Shown here piece after piece: positions 38,107 through 49,391 of a stretch of DNA of 64,000 nt. The notes beneath the pieces were generated by a model, which saw nothing but the letters and a program-made list of their open reading frames with translations, did not search any database and was not told where the DNA came from. The DNA is taken from contig JAHLWZ010000427.1 of the NCBI GenBank assembly GCA_020536535.1, positions 20,922-84,921 on the forward strand, given 5' to 3'. Position 1 is the stretch's first letter. Each line of letters opens with the position of its first letter. Source of the DNA: Pelomyxa schiedti (Eukaryota > Protista > Evosea). The position numbers and the translations under genes were made by a program.

Positions 38107-40427
38107 TTAAGAAAGATTGGTTTTCAGAGCCCCCATGAATGTGGTGAAATATTGTAGGTCATCTTCTTGGGACTGCTCGTCAACATGGTTTGGTGCTGGG
38201 GTTGTTGATCCAATGTCAATTGGGTCACGTGAATGCTCATGCATAAATGCACTGAGCAGTTCCAGGTTGCTACGCACATTTGCTGCATTTATCTTTTTTT
38301 TTTTAATTAAGAGGTTTGTTTGGTACAACAAACGGGAGGGATTTAGTTACCAGGGACTGCTGACTTGAAGTCAATAATTCTACAACTTTCCCTATAAACT
38401 GTCCTTGGGTTTCAGGTGAGGTTCCCTTGGTTTGGTTGCAAAAAGATAAATATCAGAAAAGATAGGCGATAGAAGTGGAAAGCACCTTCTGGTCTGACCA
38501 ATGTAATGAACCAATAATCCGAAATAACAGCACACCCACTCTTCGTGGGTTGTTATTACTGCTTGTACTTCCACGCAGGTGGGCTGAAAATTCTGTTGTA
38601 TCAGTTGACATCAGTGCTAACAGCGGTTCTGTTCCTTTCTATTTTTTAGTGGCCAATCACAAAAGCGTTTGACAAAAAGCAAAAGTTACCACATTTTATC
38701 ATCTCTATTTTGAAGTTGCTGTCATCTGATAGCACCTCTATAACTCTGAATACCTCTACAACTATGTCCAACTCCCATAGATTTTCTTTCCTTGTCTCTG
38801 AAGAGGTATGATTAACAATACTTTTGCATGTAAAAGGGATTTACGTGACACAATATCAAAGAGGAACTTTATTATGAGTGCCATCTGTTGCGAAGCTTGG
38901 GGGGATTCCGCTATTAAATCAAGTATACAAGGTGATTGTGCAGAGAATATATTGAGTAAAACCTATTACAAAGGTCAAAATTCCATCGGCAGTAAATTGG
39001 AAAAACAAACTTTAAGGGAATTATGAGGAACTTGACTTGAGGACAGATCAACTGGGGGTGAAGATACACTTTGAGAAGGGCACAATGCTGAGTGGCACAC
39101 AGATAGGAACTCTCCCGATAAGAAGCGAGGGTGTTGTGACAGCGCATCGATGAATTGAGAGCCAAGTGAGAGAAAGGTCAGTGATTCAAAGAGAGCCATT
39201 ATCAACCGGCTCACCTGGGGTGCGTTTGTATGGATGATACAGTATTCCACCTTTTATACCTGGGTGCGATGCTCAGTGTTGCGGTCCACTTGAACGACAC
39301 AATCAATCATTGTTTCAATGAACCAATTTGCCCTCTCTGGCGCCATCAAGGCTGCCAGGAAATGCGTTTTTGCGGATCGCCCATTCTGTTTCTTGATGTG
39401 AATGAATTGACTGGAGTGCAAGCAGAACCTGTGCCATAGGCAGCTCCCACTCAAGGAAAGCTTTGACAATAACAAAGCACAGAGGGATGCAAGCAAAGGA
39501 TGATCGCACCATTGCCCCAGCAACTTGCATGGGCTCTAAACGGGAACGCATAAGCTTGTCGAAAGAAAACTGCCGGCAGGACTACTATCAACTGCACTGG
39601 CAATGGAATGCAGGGAGTTCAAAAGAGTGAGCATAATGAGGTCAGCAACTTGTTGCAGATACTTCTCCTGTGACATGGTTGAAAACAAAAAAGGTTCTTC
39701 ATGAGCCAGAGCACAGAACCAAAACAGAACAGCAAGCCCACGAGCAACATACATAAGCCTGTGAAATAAAATCCAAAATAAAAATATAAGCCCCACATAA
39801 AGATAGATATTTAGAGATACAAACTAACATTTGCTCATAGGGCGGCTGAGGGTGGTTGAGCATGTAAAACATCAAATGAGTTGGCATGTGTGACAACAGA
39901 GGACCCACATTGACGACTGTGTCATACTTACCAGGTAATTGCACTACCAAATTTCCATCTTCCTTTTCCACCACAAGAAAAAAAAAAAAAAAAAAAAAAG
40001 GCAATGTCATCAGCTTCTCGCCCTATCGTAACCTCACAAAAAAAAAAAAAAACATAGACGCACCTCTCACTGACATTGATTGTTTGACAGCATCTTGATT
40101 CAATCTCGACAAAACGAGAAGTACTTCGCTTGCGGTCAACGCACCCCCGCTAGCACTCACATTGGTTGATGTACTGGTTGTACCACTTATGGGACCCGTG
40201 GGGCTGGAGCTGGAGGTGGAGGTGGCTGTTGGGCTCGACATCGGGTGCGCGTTGTGGTACTCACCGACGAATTTGTTCCCATAATTACGATCACAAATAA
40301 GAGCTGTTGGAGATCTGTGTGAGACAACAAGCTGATTCTTAAGGGCTAGCTGCGTGATAACTTGTTCATATTCCTGTTGGTGCCTAACAGCAATGCGAAC
40401 AGGAATGTCCCCAGTCGGCCGAGACAT
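38107..40427 (-). CDS. Helical-repeat protein resembling the N-terminal domain of plant nodulin homeobox (NDX) proteins; no homeodomain seen
   Basis: Spliced segments LMYVARGLAVLFWFCAL..QQVADLIMLTL, ALMAPERANWFIETMIDCV, VIEVLSDDSNFKIEMI and NVRSNLELL..EDDLQYFTTFMGAL resemble, from recall, the ordered NDX motifs RGL..L..LC, LAHPxVDxF, FSDDSNF and NL..LL..EEDVQLL..F. Confidence 0.55.
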
Positions 40428-40452
40428 TTTTTTTGTTCTGAACAGACGAAAA

Positions 40453-41267
40453 ATGAGCACCGACCTGGCGAATGCGGCGCCAATGGCTACAACAACCACG
40501 CAACTTGGACCACCACCTGACCACATGAGGGAAGCTATATTACGAGGCCTGGTGGAATGCCATGGCAGGCAGGCTTTCGGCTGCCGTGTGGTGGTATCGA
40601 GCGCCGCGGCGCTGGCTTCCTGCGCGCTGGTGTGCAGGGAGTGGTACTTCTCGTGCAATGCACTGTGGAGAGAGCTGTTTGATCAGTTGTGTTCAGTTTT
40701 TCTTATGTGGAAAACCACAACCCCCTCGCATTCTCTCTCCCCTTGGACCCTACGCCACTTTCTTTGTTCGTTTCCCTTGAGCTCTTTGTGAAGTTCTCTC
40801 ACCCATGTGTTCCCACCACCTAACTACCCCCTTTTCCTGTGGGGACTGAAATTCTGTGTGGTGTTTGCAGGGACTTTTCTGACTCGCTGTATGAATCATA
40901 TGGGCTCCAGAAAGACAGCGTGGTGGGGAGGTGCCGGCAATCACCCCTGATGGGTGCCACTCGCTGGTACCGGCTACATACCACCATGAGGCGCTTTGTG
41001 ATAAGTGCTGAGGCCCCGCAGTACCACATCACGATGCGCTCACTGACGGGCAGGAAAGATGACGTATTCTTGGATAATACGGCAACTTTGTCCGATGTGT
41101 GGAACTGGAATGAAAACAAGCAAGGGCTGCCACCACGCACCTACAGGCTAATATGGATGCACCCCATTGCCGGGCTTTTCAACTCTGATAAAGTGGAAGA
41201 CTCCACTCCACTACAGAAGTGTTGCCTGATCAACGGCGTGGTTGTACATACTGTACTTTCATTGTAA
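40453..41267 (+). CDS. F-box-like protein with C-terminal ubiquitin-like domain
   Basis: LASCALVCREWYFSCNALWREL is an F-box-like C-half. One intron. ITMRSLTGRKDDVFLDNTATLSDV..KQGLPPRTYRLIW..VEDSTPLQKCCLINGVVVHTVLSL* follows the ubiquitin beta-grasp pattern. Confidence 0.6.
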
Positions 41268-41758
41268 AAAAGAACAGAACCCAAAATTTGAGACCCACAA
41301 AGAGTGGAAACTTTTTATCTTGAGTAATTTTTGAGACAAGGAGGTGGGGGTGTTTATAAAGCCTTCCCACGCCAAATGTCTGCTTGTGTATCCAAAGCAC
41401 ATGTAGAACCCTGGGAATATCTCACTAACCCTCTAAAAAAAGGGATGAGGTTTGGCTCTGTGCCACTGCCCAACAAGTGCTTGGAATTTAAGATTAGCTG
41501 CTGACTGAAAAAGGCAACACTCAACACTAGGCCATGGAAACACTCCATACAGAATCGAAGATGATCAACATCAGACTTGCGCGGAAATAGGGCTCCGAAC
41601 AGCCTAAGGCTAAGAGATCGATCTTCTCTGAAAACATTTTGTTTTGATCGTTCCGTGAGCAAAACACCCGCCCAATGTGGAACTACAGTGGCCTCGTTGG
41701 CCTCTGGCCTTGTGTACCAATTCACACCCGCAATAACCGGACCAACTTGCCAGATGCC

Positions 41759-43009
41759 ATGATCAGGAGTGGGATCCGAGCCAGAGACCAACTTACAGCG
41801 CTGCTTGTCGGTTCGCAGTGCGAAAGGTGCGGCGTGTGCTCGCCGGCGAGGAGGGTGTTTGGGCCGGGACTCGCCAGGCAATTGTGGGACACATGGGTCA
41901 TCGGCACACAGAGGACCATAACCATTGTGGTGGAGCTGTCGCCCAACACGCCGCAACCAGGTGGCTTGCTTCTTGCGTGCCTGGAGCCCTACTGCTGCTC
42001 CCTCAGGATTGGTGTCTCTATGCTGCTGTTCGGGATGACAACCGGGCTGTGTGTCACAAATGGAGATGCCGACTGGGTGGATGAGAACGTCGAGGTGACG
42101 GAATCTGACTTGAGTGACATGATACGGGTGACGAATGTGGCAAGGGGTGAGTCCTGTACTTTTGAGCTGTCAGAGGTGGCGGAGCCATTCTCTCGTGCTC
42201 GCCCCTTGTGCATGAATGGAAAGTGGGGTCTTCGTCTCAGAGTGGCGAGAAATCTTCTTACTATCATCAAATTGAACACCAAAAAAAAACAAGAGCCGGT
42301 GGATGCTCCAATTCCAGATAGATACTGTGTGAAGGGTTCAATGAGCTTCAACAAATTGTGCTCCTCGCAAGCACTGATTGTTATGTCCACCAACAGTGGC
42401 CGCGATGCACATTTGCTTGTGATTGACCTGGATAGCACCTACACCACAAGAACTCTGCAGATTGTGAGCTCGACTCGGTGCCAGTTTCCAGAAGGCCACT
42501 TCTTGTCGCACAGTGTGCGGCAGATATGTTTGATGAAGAACAATGCTGGGAAAAACGTGTTCATTGTTGAGACGTCCATGAGCCGTAACAGGGACCGAAC
42601 TGTTTTTGCCGTTCAATTCGATGGCACAGTCACCAGGCTTTCCTCTCACAGCCAAGCAATCCACTCAATGCTCAGTAGTCAAATTAATGGTTCTCTGTTC
42701 TCACTGTTGATTCCTGGGAACCTGCCGGAAAACAGTAAAGAGAATGATTCAATCCTCTGCTGTGATCCCGATAAACTGGAGATATGGGACTGTAATGATA
42801 CTGCAATTTGGGGAAGCCACCAGCAAAACCCAGTGATGGTATACACTGTACCATCACACAAAGGCCATTTATCAGGAGGTGGTTTGATAGTCCTCATCAC
42901 TGGAGGGAACACTTTGCAGGTGACAGAAGCCGTGACAGGCCACATTGTTGCATCCATTGAATGTATTTATCCTCCAAACACCCAGACGTCTTCCTCCTTC
43001 TTGTGGTAA
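41759..43009 (+). CDS. Lineage-specific expanded-family hypothetical protein, intronless, beta-rich C-terminus
   Basis: Uninterrupted ~416-codon ORF. N-terminal motif ARDQLTALLVGSQCERCGVCSPARRV..LARQLWDTWV resembles, from recall, the large hypothetical family of Pelomyxa. Confidence 0.62.
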   Translation: MIRSGIRARDQLTALLVGSQCERCGVCSPARRVFGPGLARQLWDTWVIGTQRTITIVVELSPNTPQPGGLLLACLEPYCCSLRIGVSMLLFGMTTGLCVTNGDADWVDENVEVTESDLSDMIRVTNVARGESCTFELSEVAEPFSRARPLCMNGKWGLRLRVARNLLTIIKLNTKKKQEPVDAPIPDRYCVKGSMSFNKLCSSQALIVMSTNSGRDAHLLVIDLDSTYTTRTLQIVSSTRCQFPEGHFLSHSVRQICLMKNNAGKNVFIVETSMSRNRDRTVFAVQFDGTVTRLSSHSQAIHSMLSSQINGSLFSLLIPGNLPENSKENDSILCCDPDKLEIWDCNDTAIWGSHQQNPVMVYTVPSHKGHLSGGGLIVLITGGNTLQVTEAVTGHIVASIECIYPPNTQTSSSFLW

Positions 43010-43189
43010 TTTGACAAAATAAATGGCTTTTGGCTTTGGATTTTTTCCTATTTCCACATTAGATGCCTATTCCAGTTTTCCTGTAGCTGTGCTCTATGCG
43101 ATGTGACCACACCCATGCCCCTACTTCAGATACACCTGGGTCACACAGAGTATTTTTTTTCCATCGTGAATTGTTTGGTCTTTGTCGAA

Positions 43190-46100
43190 CTAAATCATGA
43201 GGACAAAAAAAATTCTGGTGAAAATTTTTTCTTTGGATTCAGCTTTCGGCTGGTTATTCAGAAATCGGTGTGTGGATAATACTCCCAGAATCCAGTTCCA
43301 TACCTACAAGTAATTAGAATGAAAAGTTTTCGGTTGCAGTAGCAGGTACTTGCAGTCCATGGTTGGGAACTTAGAGCGAAGTTCCTCTCCACAATCATTG
43401 CCTAGAGTGCAAACAGTGAGCCCATTTATAATGACACTGTGGTCAGATTCCTTTTGCAATAAGATACTGAGAATAGAGTAATAGCACAACATACAGCGGA
43501 TCCTCCATCTAGGACAAAGTCATACATGGTCCCCACAAATAGTGATGTTGGTTTCTCGACATCTATAGGTCGCGTCCACTTCCCGTCAATTAAAACGGGG
43601 TGCCCTGTAGTCAGGCCCACGTTGTTGATGAACACCAAATTGTATTGGGAGTTGACGGCCCGCGTTCGTACTTCAATTACTATGCGTGGTTTCATCTTGA
43701 TCCCTGACATGACATAGTCACCTGGCTGAATATCTTCCACTGCCCTGGGTATCTTGTTAGGCTATGAATTCCAGTTTTATGTCAACTTGGAAGACAAATC
43801 AGATAGAAGTACTTTTCCATCTCCTAAAAAGCAACCCAGTGTTTCTGGTTCCTAAACGAAATCAAACATTGTTGGAGCAGTACAATGTACCTTAAAAAGG
43901 GGGAGCTTATACTTGACAACACCTGGAGTGGAATTTCCCCATGCTATGTGTCTACCAATCGTTTTAATCCCTTCTACTTATGAAAAAAAATAACTACAAG
44001 GACCATGGTTTTACATAGGAGCTTCAATTTCCCACCTCGTTTTTGGAAGTATGACGGAGGACTAGAGTAATTTAGTTGGAGTTAACTTTACCCAGCAAGA
44101 AGTTGTCTCAACCTATCAGTAGGGAAGTGTGGAAGCCAAGCATCATTGAGGCCAGTTATCCTATAGAACTCTCTGGAGACCTTTTGTACGGGTTGATCTA
44201 AGTCACTATTTTTTTTTGGTGGAAACCCTTCCAAGTCTGCACAAATCTTCAGGAAGGAGGTAGGAGAAAACAAAGAGCCAACAAAAATCAGATAACATTG
44301 AACTTGGGCAAGCAGGAAGAAGAGTGATACAAAAGGCATCCCCCAGAACATCACTTTGAAGTCTCCGCCACATTCCAGATGTGACAACTACAGTAATAGA
44401 ACCGTCAAATATTGGTGTAACGGAGTGGAACTGCATGGAGGGAAAAAACAGTTAATAAATATCAAAAGGGACAGTAGCAACTTCTCTGGCAACTGGTGTC
44501 TCTTGGGTTGCCATAATAGTCCAGGAAAGGTTTTTCAAATCCAACCTAAAAGTAGTTTAACAACACCTCACAAGGATGGGAGCATACATAAAAAACTCAC
44601 ACGAGGGATTGCTATTCGTGGAAGATACGAGAACGAATTTCTCATGCTCAGGGAAGAAACACCCTACATTCCCTCTCTGTGGTGTTGGGTGTCTCCCAAC
44701 TGGAGTAATTGCTTCCCATTTTCGTTTGGGTGGAGAAGAATCGAGGTCATAAAGATTCAGTGACCAAACGTCATCAAGTTTGGTATTATCAGCCGCTATC
44801 CCTCCATACACAATCAGTAATCCATTCCTGCACTCGGTTTGTGAACTTCTGGGGAAACAATAAAACCTTGTGACAAATGAATTATGGTGATATCGCGGCG
44901 GGGGTGCCATCTCTGTCAAAATCTCGTGCCATTCTTGGTTTGAGGTGTTGTAGACTAGACACAAGAAACTTTGTTGGTTGTCATTATTTCCGGGAGGAAA
45001 TCACACCATGTAAGGTGTTACAAACACCTAAGGTGAAAGAATTTCCGCCGAACAGGTAAAGATTTCCATGGAAGCTGTGTAAGTGTAAGTTGCCTCTAGG
45101 GTGGCCCAATACATACTATACAAGGGAAGCACCATGCTTTGCTGCAGGTAGACCAGTTGTACAGTTGGCATTCAGGGAGGTCCACAGCAGTGTTGCCATG
45201 TCAAATTGGAAAAAATCATTTGTGTCATCGTTCACAGTGCCACCAAAAAGATAGACTAAACTTCTGTAATTACAAGTTGCTGGGAAACACGAGGGCACCC
45301 ATCGAGACAATTCACTTTTTTGAACAGGAACCGAACTTGTGGGAATCTGCGACGGGGGTAAATCAGGGGGGAGAGCGAGTGCCTCAATAGCAGCGAGAAG
45401 AGGATCATGGACAGTTGGCACTCCTTGCTTCACTATAGCAGAATGGTGTTCAACTTGCCCAGACAACTCAACTTGCGGTATTCCCACATTCTTTTCTCCA
45501 GCAAGTTCCATCAGTTTTCTCTCACGTTCTATTGGCGGAAGCCATTGCTTTAATTTCATATCAAATCGCTGAACACAGTGATTTGCAGTTGAACTCATGC
45601 CACCAAAGAGGAAAAGGGTACCATTAAAGTAATGACACACATGCCCGTAACTGGTAAAATTTAGTGCAATCTGGCAGTAACCATTGCTTACCATGGAAAA
45701 TCTTTATTACTTGAGTTGCCACCAAAAAGAGGAATACAATGCGGAGATTCACACGGTGCAGAAAGGGCAACAGTCGGCGTAGAAGATGGCAATGGAGAAG
45801 GTAGAATGCTACTTAAGAAGCCTGATTTATATTGATACCTAGGAAAAGGTGCAATATGGCACGTACCAAACCACCCAGTAGCCTGAAGAGGCTTTGATTC
45901 TACTCCTTGGGTTAATATTCGAGGATCCACAAGAGATTTTTGTGCTGGTCCCTGAAAGAGGAGCTTTGGAATGGTATGGGGTGCTGCCCTCTTCTGGCGG
46001 ATATTGTACAAGGATTCCTGGATGTGTGCCACAAGAACCTTGATGTTCGTTCCCTTCAAAGCACTAACTTCAACATAACTATCAGCCCCAAAGTCTTCTG

Positions 46101-46827
46101 CATACTATGACATTTCGTTATGCTTTGAACTTCTGTTGTCGAAGATATAACTGTGAGAGTTTTACCTTTCTACAAATAGCTGATGCGATAGATGATTTTG
46201 AACATAAATCTTGCTGCAGCCCTACAAGAATGTAGGCTCTTGGCCTCTTTGAACGTGTTATTTCCTCGTACTTCATTTCAGGGAAGATCTTAGAGACACA
46301 TGAGTGGTGAAACAACTTTCCTGTCTTTGCATACTTCGTTTGCAATTGTCAGTAGGGACTCAGGGTTATTAATATCAAAGCAAAGGAGGCATAGCTCGCA
46401 CAACCGAAGTGAATTCCACTGTTGAATGTCATACGTAAACAGGCAACGGCAACATTCTAACACGGTTAGTAAATGAAACCCAAAAATGGAAAGGAAATTA
46501 CCAAAAAGGTGTGCCTCGTGATCTGCACCATGAGCTGCGTTTTTATGAAAAAAGGAAGAAGAAAAAAAAACAAAAAAAAGCCAAAGAGATTCACCACTAT
46601 AATGGAACGAGGCTGGAGGAGATAGTCTCTTCTTTCCTAGAGCCCAATGACTCATGTTCGGCAGATATCTCTCTAACCTTGTGCATTCAACAACACTACA
46701 AATGGCATCTAGCAACTCGGACTAGAAAATTATCGATTCAGTGTCGTGGTGTTTGGTTTTCATCGCGCACTTTGCCAACTCCACACTGACCACGAATGTA
46801 CACAGTAGGCAAGGTGAGCATAGACAT
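43190..46827 (-). CDS. Divergent Rho-like GTPase - Kelch repeats - F-box - Vint-type Hint domain fusion protein
   Basis: GTPase: VYIRGQCGVGK|SELL (P-loop across a 49-nt intron), LCLLCFDINNPESLL, YILVGLQQDL, YVEVSALKGTNI. Kelch: LFGG/LFLFGG/VYLFGG/YLFGG/IVYGG with PPPRYHH. F-box: LSDFCWLFVFSYLLPEDLCRLGR|VSREFYRITGLNDAW. Hint: TLGCFLGDGK, VEDIQPGDYV, LTTGHPVLIDGKW, MYDFVLD, HSVIINGLTVCTLG. The 3' end is approximate. Confidence 0.8.
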
Positions 46828-46886
46828 GATGATCACAATTATTGGAAAGCCGATCACAACGGTTCGAGGAACGGAGAACTTTTTTC

Positions 46887-49043
46887 TTACTTTGAGGGAT
46901 ACAGGAATGAGGATAGATCAGGGTGTGTGGCTAGTGTCTGGACCGCGAATGCAGTTGCTTTGGAAAGATAGACTAATCCTTCAGTGTTGATGTTGAGAAG
47001 AGAATCGCAGTATCTATGATAACAGGGGTCATAACTGCATGGAAAGGGAGTTTGTTAGAGTGACTAATTCGCATTTAGCTTACGGCGTATCAACTAGTCC
47101 ACCAAACATGCTTCTTTCCTCGAAAGTTTTCTTCACATCTTTGTCCATGGTGTGAGTTGGGATCGAATAATCGAAATGTGATTAACTAGTCCCGGCCTCG
47201 GCTCCATTTGATGGTATACCAACTTCAATGAAAGGACCATAATCTGAGCCTCCAAAATCATGTACAACATATCCACCGGCTGTATTATTCAAGTAGCCAC
47301 CAAGAAGGTGCTGTTCTGTAGTTACAGACCAATTTCCTTTCGAGAAAGTTCACCTCTAGGGTAGTACAGCCCTCTTTTACTCTTTCGTCTCCAATAGCAC
47401 TTGATCCACTGTGTAGTCTATTTGCGTAATTTGGGCTTCCCAACATGTCCAAGTTGATATCTGGAGTGTTAAGAAAAGCGGAGAAACAAGTAACTCTCAA
47501 ATCACGAACGAAAGGATATATGCTGCGACGGTGTATGGGTAACTTTGTCTGTTCTACTTGAGGAGTTAAGAAGTAAGGAGAAGAAATCTTTAGTTTGGCT
47601 AAACCTGGATGTAACTCTTAGAGCCTTGTAATCCATTTTCCTCTGCCCCCCAGAAGGCAAATACCACTTTATTGATAAGTTCACGAAATGTTCTATTCCA
47701 GGGAAGATTACCATATTATGTGAGGTTGTGGCAGGCATACTTCGAAGACTTGAAGTGAATTGCCATTTCCAAAAGAGCACTCGCACCACTTTTTGTAATT
47801 ATTATTGGAATCGTAGGCCCTGACGTACCTTCCATTATCGTTGATTCCCGGTCCTTGAGCTCCACCATCCAGATGAGCTCCTACCACAACAGCACGTGAT
47901 GCGTTTCCCTTAGGATAGATAAGCCAAAATAAGCAGGCGATTTCCTACTGTTGTTGTTTCAGCAAGAATATTGGTGGAGGATCCAATCAAGTATTCCGTG
48001 ATTACCTAGAGCAGTGAAAAAAAACCAAATGACAATAGTTACTAACATTTAAGCTCAATAGTATATCACTCTCTTTGGTTAATTGCACACCCACTGAAAA
48101 GGATAGCCCAAAAACTGGAATTGAACAACCTCCAGTGGAGACGTTATATGGGCCACTCTCTGTATCCGAATTGTAAATCAACACGGCACTTGCGGAATTT
48201 CTGAAATTCAGATTAGATGAAGATAACAACTGGCCTGCTACTGCAGTGCTAGAGTAAGCTTTTCATTGATGGTACAATTCCCTCGGTAAATAAGGGCAAT
48301 ATTTCCTACAGAGAAACCTGAACTCTGTTACTCACGGTTCTATGCAAAGATACACCTACAGACCTGCGTAATCTTGTTGACAGCATCCCAGGTTTTGGAT
48401 TACGCTGAGTGGAGCAGTGAAATTCCCACTCGCACTGAACTTGAGTACAGTAAAGTCATCCACAAACGAGAATGTTATAGGGGTTGGTTGCACTTCACTC
48501 AGTTCTGGTGTGCCAATAACCGTCCAGTACGAGAAGGAGAATGTCTGTGTGCTGATTGCCAATCCAGAATCTTCCAGTTTTTTCATAACGTAGCTCATAG
48601 ATTCATTGAAGCTATTGGAACAGAATCAGGGAAAAAACCCTTGAATACAGCTGTATTCAAACCCTAAAGTGAATGAAGCACGGGTTCCGCCAGTGGAGTC
48701 AGCAATTTCCTGCAGTTTTTCCAAGTGATTCCACAATCCCTCGAGTTCTATTGTATCCACAAGGTCATGTTTGCTGCGGTTTTGTCGAACAAACAGTGCT
48801 GCACCAAAACGTCAATGACGCCTAGTAACTGGGGAGAAAACAAAATAAAATAAACTTCTCACCAGTTGCAGCACAGAGTATAACAATAGTTACCCCAACT
48901 GCTGCAACCACAGTTAGAATCAAACTGTTTCTTAGCATTCGATTGCATTTTGGTTTGCCTGTGCACCCACAATGGCGGTCTGGCTGTACGCTCTGCGAGG
49001 TGCTAGTGCCCACTGACAATTCCTCGTACTTCATTGCAGCCAT
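46887..49043 (-). CDS. M28A-family aminopeptidase with PA domain, N-terminal type II membrane anchor
   Basis: TM LILTVVAAVGVTIVILCAA. LWNHLEKLQEIADSTGGTRA. PA domain NLGC..GNIALIYRGNC..AVLIYN. Metal-ligand motifs GAHLD, GPGINDNGS, FWGAEENG, NLDMLGSPNY, SDYGPF, YDPCYHRYCD. Confidence 0.9.
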
Positions 49044-49391
49044 CTGAGGTTTCTTGAAATTCAAATTGGGTTTGAAAGAACCAACCGATAACTTTTCCCC
49101 AGAGTCTGATGACCTGCCTAATGTGGAGAATGGGAAGCTTCACAAAGGGCCCCAACACCCACAGGACACACTGTGCCAGCCAAACAGATAGTGACTTGCA
49201 CTGAAATCGTCGAGATGTCTGACAGTGGGCAAGGAGGAAAGCCTCAGTTGGTTTCCTATGAAAGCCGCACGACACTTGTAGAGCGCCGCAACACTGAGAG
49301 GTAATTCCTAATTCTCCACGCCAAACGGAACCCGAACCGGCGCATCTCTGCACTCTGAATTACAAGTTTAAAAGATTTCGGAAATTACGAA

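Noticed and set aside
37742-38139. Possible small + strand gene
   Set aside because: It overlaps the better-supported signal-peptide exon on the minus strand, and no credible splice path or motif was found.
46290-46715. Initial reading of this segment as a BTB/BACK domain
   Set aside because: Spliced flanking exons supply P-loop, G4-like and G5 motifs at correct spacing, so a Rho-like GTPase fits better.
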